A stretch of DNA of 64,000 nucleotides, taken from an uncultured Rhodospirillaceae bacterium (GTDB taxonomy: Bacteria > Pseudomonadota > Alphaproteobacteria > Rhodospirillales > UBA2165). Below, piece by piece: positions 10,252-20,627 of this stretch. The notes below the pieces were generated by a model. The model did not search any database. It was not told the DNA's origin and was given only the letters and a program-made list of their open reading frames with translations. The DNA lies in the NCBI GenBank assembly GCA_964643045.1, contig CAZXSC010000001.1, forward strand, positions 2,296-66,295, given 5' to 3'. Position numbers and translations under genes: made by a program. Numbering within the stretch: position 1 is the stretch's first letter; every line of letters begins with the position of its first letter.

Positions 10252-10396
10252 TAATTGCAAGTTTCTTATTGGGCCTTTAGGAGCTATCCTGATAGACTGG
10301 GCTGACAAGGGGTTACCTGGTTGGTCGGTCGACAAGGTTTCTATGCTATTGGTCGTTATTTGACTTGACGGACAACTGGCCTTAAATTCTCGCGGT

Positions 10397-12280
10397 ATGA
10401 AACGCGAGATGAAAAAACATAATAGTTACGACGTGATAGTTGTTGGTGGTGGCCATGCTGGTTGTGAGGCTGCTTCAGCGTCTGCTCGCATTGGGGCAAA
10501 AACATTATTGCTAACCCATAAAATTGAAACAATTGGCGAAATGTCGTGTAATCCGGCAATTGGCGGTCTAGCAAAGGGCCAATTGGTGCGAGAGATAGAC
10601 GCCCTAGATGGCCTTATGGCTAAGGCGATTGACAAAGGCGGTATTCAATTTCGTGTGCTTAATCGGAGCAAGGGCCCGGCTGTAAGGGGGCCACGCGCAC
10701 AAGCCGATCGCAAGCTTTATCGACAGGCTATATCCGCGCTGTTATTGGCGCAAAAAAATTTATCAATAATGGCGGGGTCAGTGGAGGACCTTTTGTTTGA
10801 TGAAAACCAAAACTTAGTTGGACTAAAAATCGAAAAAGGCGAGCCTTTTTATGCCCCTAAAATCGTAATAACGACCGGCACCTTTTTGCGCGGCTTAATG
10901 CACATTGGCGAGAATAAAACGCCTGCGGGCCGAGTTAATGAAGGCCCTTCAACCGGCTTGTCCGCCACGTTTAGGTGTTTGGGTTTTTCGTTGGGCCGCC
11001 TCAAAACGGGCACACCTCCGCGGCTTGATGGTAGGACTGTTAATTGGGCGCCGTTGATCGAGCAGCCCGGCGATAGACCCGCCCGGCCTTTTTCTTACCT
11101 CACCGACAAGATTACAACACCACAAATTTCTTGTTATATTACCGAGACCACTCCAACCACACATGAGTGTATAAAAGCAAATTTGCACCGTGCGCCGCTG
11201 TACTCTGGTCAAATAGAAAGTGCGGGGCCTCGGTATTGTCCGTCGATAGAAGATAAGGTGGTGCGATTTGCACACCGAAATCGCCATCAAATTTTTCTTG
11301 AGCCCGAAGGCCTGGACAGCGATATTGTTTATCCCAATGGAATTTCGACATCTTTGCCAGAAGATGTACAGTTGGAGTTTTTAAAGACAATTCCTGGGCT
11401 TGAATCAGCTGTTATGATTCAGCCCGGATATGCAATCGAGTATGATTATGTTGACCCGAGAGAACTTAGGTCCACGCTCGAAACACGACGCGTTTCCGGG
11501 CTTTATTTGGCCGGCCAGATTAACGGTACCACCGGCTATGAAGAAGCAGGTGCCCAGGGCGTTGTCGCTGGAATAAACGCTGCTCGCGCCTCCGGTGGTC
11601 TTGACCCAATTCTTATTGACCGTGCCGACGCATACATAGGAGTTTTGATAGATGATTTAGTTAATCTTGGAACAACAGAACCGTATAGGATGTTTACATC
11701 CCGCGCAGAATACCGGCTCCAACTCAGGTCCGACAATGCGGATCAGCGTTTAACGCAAAAAGGCATTGCCTGTGGCTGTGTCGGTAATGTGCGCCGAGTG
11801 TCCTTTGAAAAAAAGATGGCCGGGCTCAATAAAGCGATTGAGCTTTCAAAAAGATTGAATAAAACACCGAATGAACTTGCCAAGCGCGGCATCAAAATTA
11901 ATCAAGACGGGGTGCGCCGAAACATTTTGGACTTGTTGCAATATCCAAAAATGAACATGGATAAAATTAGCCAAATATGGCCGGAGATAGGCCGATTTTC
12001 TGCTGAAATTAAAGAGCAGCTTGAAATCATAGGCCTTTATTCGGGTTATATGGAGAGGCAGGATGCTGATGTTCGTGTGTTTCGGCGAGATGAATCACTG
12101 GTAATACCCGAGGGCATTGATTTTGATTCTATAGGAGGGCTATCAAATGAGGTTCGCTCTAAATTTAAGAAAGCGCGCCCGGCAACGCTAGGCGCCGCCG
12201 CGCGGATATCTGGGGTGACACCAGCGGCGCTTACGGCTTTGCTCGGGTTTGTGCGTCGGAAAGCAAGAAATGCTGCGTAA
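10397..12280 (+). CDS. mnmG: tRNA uridine 5-carboxymethylaminomethyl modification enzyme MnmG (GidA)
   Basis: 627 aa. It has the FAD motif [16 protein letters not shown], the MSCNPAIGG motif and a GidA-family C-terminal domain. Confidence 0.96.
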   Translation: MKREMKKHNSYDVIVVGGGHAGCEAASASARIGAKTLLLTHKIETIGEMSCNPAIGGLAKGQLVREIDALDGLMAKAIDKGGIQFRVLNRSKGPAVRGPRAQADRKLYRQAISALLLAQKNLSIMAGSVEDLLFDENQNLVGLKIEKGEPFYAPKIVITTGTFLRGLMHIGENKTPAGRVNEGPSTGLSATFRCLGFSLGRLKTGTPPRLDGRTVNWAPLIEQPGDRPARPFSYLTDKITTPQISCYITETTPTTHECIKANLHRAPLYSGQIESAGPRYCPSIEDKVVRFAHRNRHQIFLEPEGLDSDIVYPNGISTSLPEDVQLEFLKTIPGLESAVMIQPGYAIEYDYVDPRELRSTLETRRVSGLYLAGQINGTTGYEEAGAQGVVAGINAARASGGLDPILIDRADAYIGVLIDDLVNLGTTEPYRMFTSRAEYRLQLRSDNADQRLTQKGIACGCVGNVRRVSFEKKMAGLNKAIELSKRLNKTPNELAKRGIKINQDGVRRNILDLLQYPKMNMDKISQIWPEIGRFSAEIKEQLEIIGLYSGYMERQDADVRVFRRDESLVIPEGIDFDSIGGLSNEVRSKFKKARPATLGAAARISGVTPAALTALLGFVRRKARNAA

Positions 12281-12291
12281 ACCATAGCTGC

Positions 12292-12307
12292 CGTTTCACG
12301 TGAAACA
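12292..12307. other. parS centromere-like site (CGTTTCACGTGAAACA)
   Basis: 15/16 match to the parS consensus TGTTNCACGTGAAACA. It lies in the 32-bp mnmG-rsmG gap, upstream of parAB. Confidence 0.8.
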
Positions 12308-12312
12308 CTACG

Positions 12313-12981
12313 ATGTCAGGTAAACCAATAATATTCTTAAAAGACGACTTTCGGCAAACGACGGGCGTTTCACGTGAAACGCTTGAAAACCTTTCGATCT
12401 ATGTTGACATGTTGTCAAGGTGGCAGCCGCGCATGAATTTGGTTGGATCCCGCACGCTAAAAGACGTTTGGTGTCGCCATATTCTTGATTCCGCGCAAAT
12501 ACTCCCATACATTGATAGACAAAATACCAAAGTGCTGGATCTCGGCACTGGCGCAGGCTTTCCCGGCTTGGTTTTATCGATAATGGGTGTGACAGGCCTC
12601 ATTCTTATGGAATCCAATAAAAAAAAATGCATATTTTTGGAAGAGATCATTCGTCACACATCGTGTGACGCCAGAGTTTATAATGGCCGTATTGAAAATT
12701 ACCCAGAATTAAAATCAGCTCAATGCATAGTAGCAAGAGCCCTTGCACCGCTTGAAAAGCTGCTTTATTTAGGCTCTCCTCTTTTAGCGGAGGGCGGAAG
12801 GTGTTTATTTATAAAAGGGGAAAATTTTGAACAAGAATTGACCGCATCAAAAAAAAGGTGGAATATGGATGTTGAAGTTTACTTTTCCAACGTTAACCCA
12901 ATGTTGGGTGGCGGAAATTTACCAAAAGAACTGTTGCCGGGTGTTTTATTGGAAATAAGGAATTTATCATTACGTGAATAA
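12313..12981 (+). CDS. rsmG: 16S rRNA (guanine527-N7)-methyltransferase RsmG (GidB)
   Basis: 222 aa. It has the VSRET motif, the SAM motif LDLGTGAGFPGL, and the mnmG-rsmG-parAB synteny. Confidence 0.92.
   Translation: MSGKPIIFLKDDFRQTTGVSRETLENLSIYVDMLSRWQPRMNLVGSRTLKDVWCRHILDSAQILPYIDRQNTKVLDLGTGAGFPGLVLSIMGVTGLILMESNKKKCIFLEEIIRHTSCDARVYNGRIENYPELKSAQCIVARALAPLEKLLYLGSPLLAEGGRCLFIKGENFEQELTASKKRWNMDVEVYFSNVNPMLGGGNLPKELLPGVLLEIRNLSLRE
12366..12381. other. parS centromere-like site (CGTTTCACGTGAAACG, perfect 16-bp palindrome) inside rsmG
   Basis: It shares the same 14-bp core GTTTCACGTGAAAC as the site at 12292-12307. Here the core encodes the VSRET motif of RsmG. Confidence 0.75.
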
Positions 12982-13831
12982 CAGAGATGACAACACAGGG
13001 CTAAATAGGATTGCGGCTAATACAGCAAAACAAAAGTCCCGGATTATAGCTATAGCGAACCAAAAAGGCGGGGTTGGAAAAACAACAACGACGATTAATT
13101 TGGCTACAGCCTTAGCGGCAGCTGGAAAAGTAGTCTTGGTGTTGGATTTGGATCCCCAAGGGAATGCGAGCACAGGTTTGGGTATTGAACACACCGAGCG
13201 CGAAACTAACGCTTACCACGTTATGATTGGTGAGGCCGTTTTAGCAGATGCGATCTTGGAGACGTCTGTTCCCGGGCTTTCCGTTGTTTCGTCTGGTGTT
13301 GACTTATCCGGCGCTGAGATCGAGCTTATTGATTTTGAAGATCGTTTATTTCGTTTAAAATCGGCCCTAGCAGACTGTCTGGATGTTTATGAATATGTTT
13401 TTATCGACTGTCCACCGGCACTAGGCCTGTTGACAGTTAATGCCTTAAACGCTGCTAATGCTGTTTTGGTTCCTCTTCAATGTGAGTTTTTTGCTCTGGA
13501 AGGTTTGAGCCATTTGGTCCGCACAATCGAGCGAATAAAAAAATCATATAACCCCACTCTTGAAATTCAAGGGATAGTGTTAACAATGTTTGATAGTAGA
13601 AACAACTTGTCCGATGCAGTTGCTACAGATGTTCGAGAGTTTTTCGGAGCAATTGTTTATGAGACGGTTATTCCTCGTAATGTTCGGGTGTCCGAGGCGC
13701 CCTCACACGGCAAGCCCGTGCTGCTATACGATATAAATTGTGCCGGATCTCAGGCGTATATACATTTGGCAGGCGAGGTTTTAAAGCGCGAAAAAATTAT
13801 GGGTTCTTTAAATTATGGCCAAGGCTCCTAG
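12974..13831 (+). CDS. parA: chromosome partitioning ATPase ParA (Soj)
   Basis: 285 aa with the deviant Walker A motif NQKGGVGKTTT. It overlaps the rsmG stop by 8 nt. Confidence 0.95.
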   Translation: MNNRDDNTGLNRIAANTAKQKSRIIAIANQKGGVGKTTTTINLATALAAAGKVVLVLDLDPQGNASTGLGIEHTERETNAYHVMIGEAVLADAILETSVPGLSVVSSGVDLSGAEIELIDFEDRLFRLKSALADCLDVYEYVFIDCPPALGLLTVNALNAANAVLVPLQCEFFALEGLSHLVRTIERIKKSYNPTLEIQGIVLTMFDSRNNLSDAVATDVREFFGAIVYETVIPRNVRVSEAPSHGKPVLLYDINCAGSQAYIHLAGEVLKREKIMGSLNYGQGS

Positions 13832-14738
13832 AAAAAAACTGGGCAGAGGGCTGTCCGCATTGCTGGATGCTGGTGTTAAAGTCGATTCGACTGAAAAAAA
13901 AGCAGAGAAAAGCGGGCGAGAATCGGAAAAAACTGTTGCGATTGAACATATTTCTCCAGGAAAATTTCAGCCGCGGCAATTGTTTAGCAAGACAGAGATT
14001 AAGGAGCTAGCAGACTCGATAAAAACACACGGCATTTTGCAGCCAATCTTGGTTCGTCCACGTGCGGGGGTTGCCGGTGCCTTTGAAATAGTTGCTGGGG
14101 AGCGTCGTTGGCGTGCGGCGCAGCTGGCGCGCCTTCATGAAGTTCCTGTTTTGGTGCGTGATTTCTCCGATGGTGAAGCTTTAGAGGTAGGGTTGGTGGA
14201 AAACCTGCAACGAGAAAATCTTTCACCCCTTGAGGAGGCGGAAGGTTATCGGCGTCTCGTTGACGAGTTTAGCCATACTCAAGACGAAATAGCCACTACG
14301 CTTGGAAAAAGCCGCCCCTATGTTACCAACATTGTTAGACTTTTGAATTTACCCGATCCCATCAAAAACATGCTCCGTTCGGGCGACTTAAGTGTTGGGC
14401 ATGCTCGTGCGCTATTAAATGCTCAAAACCCAGTAGAGTTGGCAAAAAAGGTCATAAAACAAGGCTTAAGCGTGCGTCAAACTGAAAATTTAGCAAAAGC
14501 ACGCCAAAAAGGGCCAGCTTTAAAGGAGAAAATGCCCAAGGCGGTGGATAAAGATGTTAATGTTTTAGCACTTGAAAAAGACCTTTCAAAATTGTTGGGA
14601 CTAAAAGTGGACATTGACTTTAATCTAGGCCGTGGAAGTATAAGAATTGCTTACGACAGGCTTGAACAGCTAGATTCTGTTTTATATATGCTTAGCCAGG
14701 GCACGCATGGCCGGCAGCTGGAGCAGGGCGATGAATAG
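13815..14738 (+). CDS. parB: chromosome partitioning protein ParB (Spo0J)
   Basis: 307 aa. It has the LGRGLSALL motif, the arginine patch GERRWRAA and an HTH region. Confidence 0.95.
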   Translation: MAKAPRKKLGRGLSALLDAGVKVDSTEKKAEKSGRESEKTVAIEHISPGKFQPRQLFSKTEIKELADSIKTHGILQPILVRPRAGVAGAFEIVAGERRWRAAQLARLHEVPVLVRDFSDGEALEVGLVENLQRENLSPLEEAEGYRRLVDEFSHTQDEIATTLGKSRPYVTNIVRLLNLPDPIKNMLRSGDLSVGHARALLNAQNPVELAKKVIKQGLSVRQTENLAKARQKGPALKEKMPKAVDKDVNVLALEKDLSKLLGLKVDIDFNLGRGSIRIAYDRLEQLDSVLYMLSQGTHGRQLEQGDE

Positions 14739-14798
14739 GCTGACCCGGAATAAAGGCATTGTCTTCTGATCAGCCCGCTTTCAGGCTGCGGCTTAACG

Positions 14799-14822
14799 TA
14801 ATTGGGGGTATAATTGGGGGTA
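14799..14822. repeat. 12-bp tandem duplication TAATTGGGGGTA x2
   Basis: Read directly at 14799-14810 and 14811-14822, in the non-coding stretch after parB. Confidence 0.7.
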
Positions 14823-14906
14823 TAAATTTGTACGCTACCGAACTAAAGTTGGTGCATAAATTTCGAGAAGGCGTCTTTAGCGCGTTATAGGCCTGTTTTA
14901 ATAACA

Positions 14907-15146
14907 TTATATTTTTTCTTTTCCGGCCTTGAAGCCGCTGTTTTCATCCATAAGCATTTGGAGCTGATAGTGGATTAATAAGCTCTCAACCAGATAACAA
15001 ATTAATTTATATTTTTTGCCTATTTGAGATTTAAGGTAATTAATTGCGGCATTTCTATCTTCTAAGCGCTCTTTAACTTCGCTCAGCAAAAGCAACAAAC
15101 CGTCACGTTTGTTAATTTCAACAATTGTAAAATCCTTATCTGGCAA
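14907..15146 (-). CDS. hypothetical protein; frame is open upstream to 15326 without a canonical start (possible pseudogene or mis-started gene)
   Basis: 79-aa ORF from a TTG. The same frame continues upstream for 60 more codons (KNALLSRETLPENETAARLGLKKDALRKCLQHRKEEHF...), with a possible helix-turn-helix-like stretch. I recognise no family. Confidence 0.3.
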   Translation of the reverse strand: MPDKDFTIVEINKRDGLLLLLSEVKERLEDRNAAINYLKSQIGKKYKLICYLVESLLIHYQLQMLMDENSGFKAGKEKI

Positions 15147-15440
15147 TTTCTGACAGGCAGAAATTCCAGAAAGGTAAACCTTCCAGCGGCTATCGTTTCC
15201 TTTAAAGTGCTCTTCTTTGCGATGTTGGAGACATTTGCGAAGGGCGTCTTTCTTTAAGCCTAACCGCGCAGCGGTTTCATTTTCCGGAAGGGTTTCTCGG
15301 GAAAGTAGGGCATTTTTTCCAACTATTTAGGGGTCGGTTACGGCTGCTTGATGGATCGTGCTTCTCGTTAATTAAGGAAGAATACACGCTAAATAACTAA
15401 CAAATAATTACCTTTGTTGTGATCCTCAAATTCTTTGTCT

Positions 15441-16460
15441 TTATTGCCGCGCTGCTTGCGACAAACTCATCAATACACGCCCACAGATTACTTTTTCGGG
15501 TAGCCCGGTCTTTTTACAATCAATTTCAGCGCGGGTCAAAATGCCTAACGCCTTTTCGACTTTTATTACTGACCACGCTTGTAATTGTTGGATAAATTGG
15601 TCTTTTAAAAAGAAAATAATTGGCGGCTTGACCAAATTAAAAGCTTCTAAAAAAGACAGGCCATTCGCGACATGACCTGACGCCAGGTGTAACTTTTGAA
15701 AATGTTTAATCGTTGCCCGCAAAATGCTAATGGGCATTTGTCCTTCATGAAAAGCGCGAACGAGCTTTCCTTCAAGATCGATCCTGTTTCCACTCGCTGC
15801 CGCGTATACCACTTGATCAACTGAAAAGGCATCATTATCTCCAACCACTAACATGGCGTCTTCTATTGTTAACTCTTTTTCCAAGCCCATATAGGTTACA
15901 AGCTTTTCAAGCTCTGACCGTGACATCTGCCGATCTGAGCCAAGATTGTTGATTAAGTACTGTTTGCAAGCGTTGTTGGTTGAAATCCCATTCTCACGTA
16001 GGATAGAATCTACCAACGCATTAAGCGACGATTCATTATCTGTATAAGCAGGCATAGCAGCGGCACGGTCATTTTTCTCAACCAGTTTTCGAACTGGTGA
16101 CGTGGGTTTCAAATCGCCGCCCTTTATTATGACTAACGATCCCTCTATGCCACTTTCCAAATATTGAAGCAATGCAGACGAAATATTCTTACCATCAAGC
16201 TCAATCAGGACAACCCGCTCGCCACCAATGAGTGACTGTGCTGAAGCTTCGTCTGTCAAGCGTGCGGGGTCCTGTTCAACTTCAGTACCTGTGAGCAAAC
16301 TAACACGAAAGGGGTCGTCAAAATCTCCTACAAGCGTCTTTGTTAAAAGTCGTGTCCTTTCATGGACGAGACCCCGATCGACGCCGTAAAAAAGTGCTAG
16401 GCGTATAATAGGATCCGGCTTCTTGATAAATTGGGCAATTTGTTTAGTGTTAAACTTCAA
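15441..16460 (-). CDS. holA: DNA polymerase III subunit delta
   Basis: 339 aa. The length, the N-terminal layout (..LFYGVDRGLVHER..) and the conserved leuS-lptE-holA synteny all fit. Confidence 0.85.
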   Translation of the reverse strand: MKFNTKQIAQFIKKPDPIIRLALFYGVDRGLVHERTRLLTKTLVGDFDDPFRVSLLTGTEVEQDPARLTDEASAQSLIGGERVVLIELDGKNISSALLQYLESGIEGSLVIIKGGDLKPTSPVRKLVEKNDRAAAMPAYTDNESSLNALVDSILRENGISTNNACKQYLINNLGSDRQMSRSELEKLVTYMGLEKELTIEDAMLVVGDNDAFSVDQVVYAAASGNRIDLEGKLVRAFHEGQMPISILRATIKHFQKLHLASGHVANGLSFLEAFNLVKPPIIFFLKDQFIQQLQAWSVIKVEKALGILTRAEIDCKKTGLPEKVICGRVLMSLSQAARQ

Positions 16461-16978
16461 TTCTCATCCATTATAGATTTATCACTCAATTTGAAAAATA
16501 CAGCAATTTTTCTCGATATGTCTTCACTTATTTCACGAACAGCTCTTTTTCGGGCGTCTTTCTCTGCCATCAGCGTAGCAAAGGTTTCGGTTAACATATT
16601 GTATTTAGTAGTCATGCGGCTGCTTCCCTGCGCCAACAACTCTCCACTCGATTTTCGGGTCAATACAAAATTCGCTCTAAAATTCAAATTAGCTCGAGTG
16701 GCTATTTTTGACTTTTTTATAGCCAGGCTTTGTTTGTTTTCAGTCAAACTGACTTTCAGAAAATATTTGGTAGGGAAGGCTCTTCCTAACGGGGTAATGG
16801 CATATTCTAAATGGTTGCGCAATCGCTGCCCAATCCGGTTTTCAATTGGTAGGATTTCAATATGCTGCATTTCTTTTATAATTATTGATTTTTTTCCGGT
16901 ACCAAATATAGGCTGAAACCCGCACCCAGATGCGAGAATTAAAATAATACATACCTGTGCAGTTTTATATAACGACAT
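16457..16978 (-). CDS. lptE: LPS-assembly lipoprotein LptE
   Basis: 173 aa with the lipobox LASGC. It lies between leuS and holA, with 4-nt and 14-nt overlaps. Confidence 0.8.
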   Translation of the reverse strand: MSLYKTAQVCIILILASGCGFQPIFGTGKKSIIIKEMQHIEILPIENRIGQRLRNHLEYAITPLGRAFPTKYFLKVSLTENKQSLAIKKSKIATRANLNFRANFVLTRKSSGELLAQGSSRMTTKYNMLTETFATLMAEKDARKRAVREISEDISRKIAVFFKLSDKSIMDEN

Positions 16979-19529
16979 TTATTATCCTATTAGGCACGAA
17001 AATTATATTTTTTATTTTGTTATTACCAATAGCTTTTAAAACTGGGTTAAGTTTAAGGCTCGCTTTTTCGGCAACAGCTTGGTTGCAATCAATTGGCAAC
17101 GCTACTGTCCCTCGAATTTTGCCATTTACCTGGACACCCACTGTAACGGTATCTTCAATTAATAGCGAGGGATCGCAATCTGGCCAAGGGGTATCAACCA
17201 CTAATCGCCTGTATCCGAGTTTTTGCCACATTTCTTCGGCAATATGTGGTATAATCGGCCCGATTAATTTTGTTACGGTTTCCATCCCTTCTCTGTACAC
17301 CCACGAAGAGCCATTCGCGTCTGGTTCCATGTTGTCGAGAGTGTTGGTAAGCTCTCTTATTCGAGCGATTGCTTTGTTGAAATGGAATTCATCGAGGTCG
17401 TTGCTAACATTTCGAATAGTTTGGTGAATATTGCGCCTGACAATGTAGTAGCCTTCGGCCAGATTCTTGGGCGGGTTTTTACCCGGTGTTTCGATCGGGA
17501 TATGGGGCTCTGAAACCATCCGCCACAATCTGTTGATATAACGCCACGCCCCTTCGACACCCGCTTCGGTCCAGTCAAGATCACGATTTGGCGGACTGTC
17601 GGACAGCATAAATAGTCTTGCAGTGTCGGCGCCGTACTCGGCAATAATTAATTCCGGATCTACGACGTTTTTCTTTGATTTGCTCATTTTTTCTGAGCGG
17701 CCGAGCTTTACGGGAGCGCCATTACTAACCGTGACATAGGTACCCCCATTCGTCTTTTTGACCTCATCAGGAAGTAGCCACGCCCCTTTTATATCTTGGT
17801 AGGTTTCGTGACAGACCATTCCCTGTGTCATTAGCCGGCTGAACGGTTCTTTGATATTTAGATACCCACATTGTTTTAGAGCTCGTGTAAAAAATCTAGA
17901 ATATAACAAATGCAGAACGGCATGTTCTATTCCCCCGATATATTGATCAACTGGCAGCCAGTAACTCACTGCATCTTTATCCAGCCCCTCCGCTGAATGG
18001 GGTGAACAAAACCGTGCAAAATACCAAGAGGATTCGAAAAAGGTATCAAGCGTATCTGTTTCCCGAGAAGCGGGATCCCCGCACTCTGGACAGTCAACAT
18101 GCCGCCAGGTCGGATGATGGCTTAAAGGGTTGCCGGGATCGTTAAAGCTAACATCGTCCGGCAATGTAATTGGCAACTGATCATCTGGAACGGGCACGAT
18201 GCCGCAGCTCTCGCAATTTATAATTGGTATAGGGCATCCCCAATAGCGTTGTCTGGAAACGCCCCAGTCACGTAACCGATAGTTTGTTTCTTTCAAACCA
18301 GCTTTTAGCTCTATTAGTTTTTTTGCCACGATGGATTTTGCTTCAGCAATAGTCGTGCCATTCAAAAAATCAGAGTTGATGTGTATTCCTTCTTCGAGAT
18401 AGGCGTCAGAAGCTATTTCAAACGTTTCAGGGTCAGCCGTTTTGGGGGCCACTACGGGGATAATTGGTAATTTATATTTTCGGGCAAAATCTAAATCCCG
18501 CTGATCATGGGCCGGGCAACCAAATATTGCTCCTGTGCCATAGTCCATTAACACAAAGTTCGCAATATATACCGGAAGCGTCTGGTTTTTTATGAGGGGG
18601 TGTTTAACTTTTAACCCGGTGTCAAACCCTCGTTTTTCTTCGGTTTCTATTGCTGCCTCGCTGGTTCCAATTCGATTACACTCAGCAATAAACGCTGCTA
18701 AACGAGTGTTTTCTTTGCCCAATTCGATTGCAAGGGGATGCTGGGCCGATATTGCACAAAACGAAGCACCAAAGAGAGTGTCGGCGCGCGTAGTAAAAAC
18801 CTCAATATGGTCGCCGCGCCCATCAAGCTCAAAATAAATACGCATCCCCTCAGATCGGCCCATCCAGTTTTTCTGCATGATACGAACTCGATCGGGCCAA
18901 TTTACCAGTTCTTCGATTGAATCAATAAGGTCGTCGGCGTATTCCGTAATTTTAAGGAACCACTGGGTTAATTGTCTTTTTTCTACCAAAGCGCCAGATC
19001 GCCACCCCCTTCCCTCAACCACCTGTTCATTGGCAAGCACCGTGTTCTCTTGGGGGTCCCAATTCACCCAGGATTTTTTTCGATATGCAAGTCCAGCCTT
19101 TACAAAATCGAGAAACATTTTTTGTTCGTGGACAAAATAATCCGGGGAGCAGGTTGTAAGCTCTCTGGCCCAATCGTATGACAAACCCATAGACTTAAGC
19201 TGGGCTCGCATAGCATCGATATTTTGTTCGGTCCATTTTGCTGGCGGGACCTTATTAGCGGTCGCCGCATTTTCAGCTGGAAGGCCAAAGGCATCCCAAC
19301 CCATTGGGTGTAAAACGTTGTAACCGCGGGCTTTCTTATATCGTGCCACCAAGTCGCCCAAGGCGTAGTTTCGGACATGGCCCATATGGATGCGACCTGA
19401 CGGATAGGGAAACATTTCCAAGACATAATATTTGGGTAAGGCGCTGTTTTCTTTTACTTCAAAACATTTGTTATCTTCCCAAATTTTTTGCCAGCGCGCT
19501 TCTGTTTTTTTAAAATTGTATCGGGTCAT
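16965..19529 (-). CDS. leuS: leucine--tRNA ligase
   Basis: 854 aa with the class I motifs HMGHVRNY (HIGH) and KMSKS. Confidence 0.98.
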   Translation of the reverse strand: MTRYNFKKTEARWQKIWEDNKCFEVKENSALPKYYVLEMFPYPSGRIHMGHVRNYALGDLVARYKKARGYNVLHPMGWDAFGLPAENAATANKVPPAKWTEQNIDAMRAQLKSMGLSYDWARELTTCSPDYFVHEQKMFLDFVKAGLAYRKKSWVNWDPQENTVLANEQVVEGRGWRSGALVEKRQLTQWFLKITEYADDLIDSIEELVNWPDRVRIMQKNWMGRSEGMRIYFELDGRGDHIEVFTTRADTLFGASFCAISAQHPLAIELGKENTRLAAFIAECNRIGTSEAAIETEEKRGFDTGLKVKHPLIKNQTLPVYIANFVLMDYGTGAIFGCPAHDQRDLDFARKYKLPIIPVVAPKTADPETFEIASDAYLEEGIHINSDFLNGTTIAEAKSIVAKKLIELKAGLKETNYRLRDWGVSRQRYWGCPIPIINCESCGIVPVPDDQLPITLPDDVSFNDPGNPLSHHPTWRHVDCPECGDPASRETDTLDTFFESSWYFARFCSPHSAEGLDKDAVSYWLPVDQYIGGIEHAVLHLLYSRFFTRALKQCGYLNIKEPFSRLMTQGMVCHETYQDIKGAWLLPDEVKKTNGGTYVTVSNGAPVKLGRSEKMSKSKKNVVDPELIIAEYGADTARLFMLSDSPPNRDLDWTEAGVEGAWRYINRLWRMVSEPHIPIETPGKNPPKNLAEGYYIVRRNIHQTIRNVSNDLDEFHFNKAIARIRELTNTLDNMEPDANGSSWVYREGMETVTKLIGPIIPHIAEEMWQKLGYRRLVVDTPWPDCDPSLLIEDTVTVGVQVNGKIRGTVALPIDCNQAVAEKASLKLNPVLKAIGNNKIKNIIFVPNRIINVVI

Positions 19530-19664
19530 CCGGGTACAGTGTCTCCTAATAGCTAGGCTTTGTTCAAGGTATTGTAGTAACCCGTTTCTTCAGGCTAAAG
19601 CCGATTAAACGGCATGTTTTTAGCAACAGGGGTGTCTTCGTATTGGAAAGAGAACACCAAGGCA

Positions 19665-20219
19665 CTAATTGGCCATTTGAATGCGAAATTGTCGTGCTCG
19701 CATCAAAATAGCCTCCTCTAGTTTACGCGCTGTACCTGGTCGCACACTGGCGTCTCGCCAACTGTTTGATGCACTTCTTATCTGCCGAAATACCGAAACA
19801 CGAACACCGTCGGCTCGCAAGGCTCTATCCAAGATATAAATGTTCATTTTGAAACGCTCATTTGGAGTTTCAGGCGGCGCGTACCAGTCGGTGATTACTA
19901 CGCCGCCAAAGGGGTCAGCAGACAAAATGGGCCAGACAGACATGGTGTCAAGTGTTGCCCGCCATAAAAACACATTCACGCCAATTGATCTTCCGCTACC
20001 CGCCCTATTTTGTTTAGTGTCTGTATCAAGAAAATCCGTTAGCCCTCCCGGCCCGAAAATCGTTTCTCTCTCCGGCTTCTCTTTGACCGGGTCGGGTTTG
20101 GGCATTTGCAGGTTTTCGCATGCTGATAACGCTAAAAACACCACGATCAAGCTCGTAAATTTGGTGTTTTTTAGCGGGTTTAAGGACTTTTTGACTTTGG
20201 AGTATAAAAATTCAAACAT
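19665..20219 (-). CDS. DUF3576-type lipoprotein
   Basis: I prefer the ATG at 20219 (MFEFLYSKVKK...LSAC lipobox) over the track start at 20264. This conserved alphaproteobacterial lipoprotein usually sits next to leuS. Confidence 0.65.
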   Translation of the reverse strand: MFEFLYSKVKKSLNPLKNTKFTSLIVVFLALSACENLQMPKPDPVKEKPERETIFGPGGLTDFLDTDTKQNRAGSGRSIGVNVFLWRATLDTMSVWPILSADPFGGVVITDWYAPPETPNERFKMNIYILDRALRADGVRVSVFRQIRSASNSWRDASVRPGTARKLEEAILMRARQFRIQMAN

Positions 20220-20627
20220 TTGTCCACTACTTTGATGATAGCCTAATATCCAGCTTGTTGCCACCTTACCTTGGCGTGTTATATCTTAGATTTAAATAAA
20301 AACCCAGCAAATTGCGCTTTTAATCAGTCGTCAAAAAATTAACGAAAACACCATTGTTTTTCCGTACCACGTTTAGGCCGTTAACCGTTGCCTTAAACAG
20401 ATGTTGTAATTTAAACACACCTGATTTAAAACCTTAGAAAACCACTAATCGGGGCGTCTGGGTGTTGTAAAAAAACAACAAAACAACAAAAACGATGTTG
20501 TTTTACGGCTTCTAATGTTGACCGAAAACCGTTGTTATGGTTTATTGTCGGCGTTTGAAGCCCTTCAATTGTATTATGTTTTAGGCAATGTATGTCTAAG
20601 GTTGGGGGGTTAATTAGGAGTAATAAT

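Noticed and set aside
10376-10406. An inverted repeat TCTCGCG-GTATGAAA-CGCGAGA spanning the mnmG start codon, considered as a translational control hairpin.
   Set aside because: It is a 7-bp stem with no supporting conservation data. The second arm is simply codons 2-4 (K-R-E). It is too weak to call.
16431-17427. ORF-track entries lying antisense or out of frame inside larger genes. Examples: 16431-16916 and 16957-17427 (in lptE/leuS), 20985-21649 (in the porin), 25796-26236, 26447-26974 (in lolA), 45872-46249, 51740-52225, 63013-63393, and many 60-130-aa entries.
   Set aside because: Each is fully contained in a longer ORF with clear family motifs on the other strand or frame. They have odd composition (Ser/Arg/Cys-rich or low-complexity) and no recognisable motifs. 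They are shadow ORFs.
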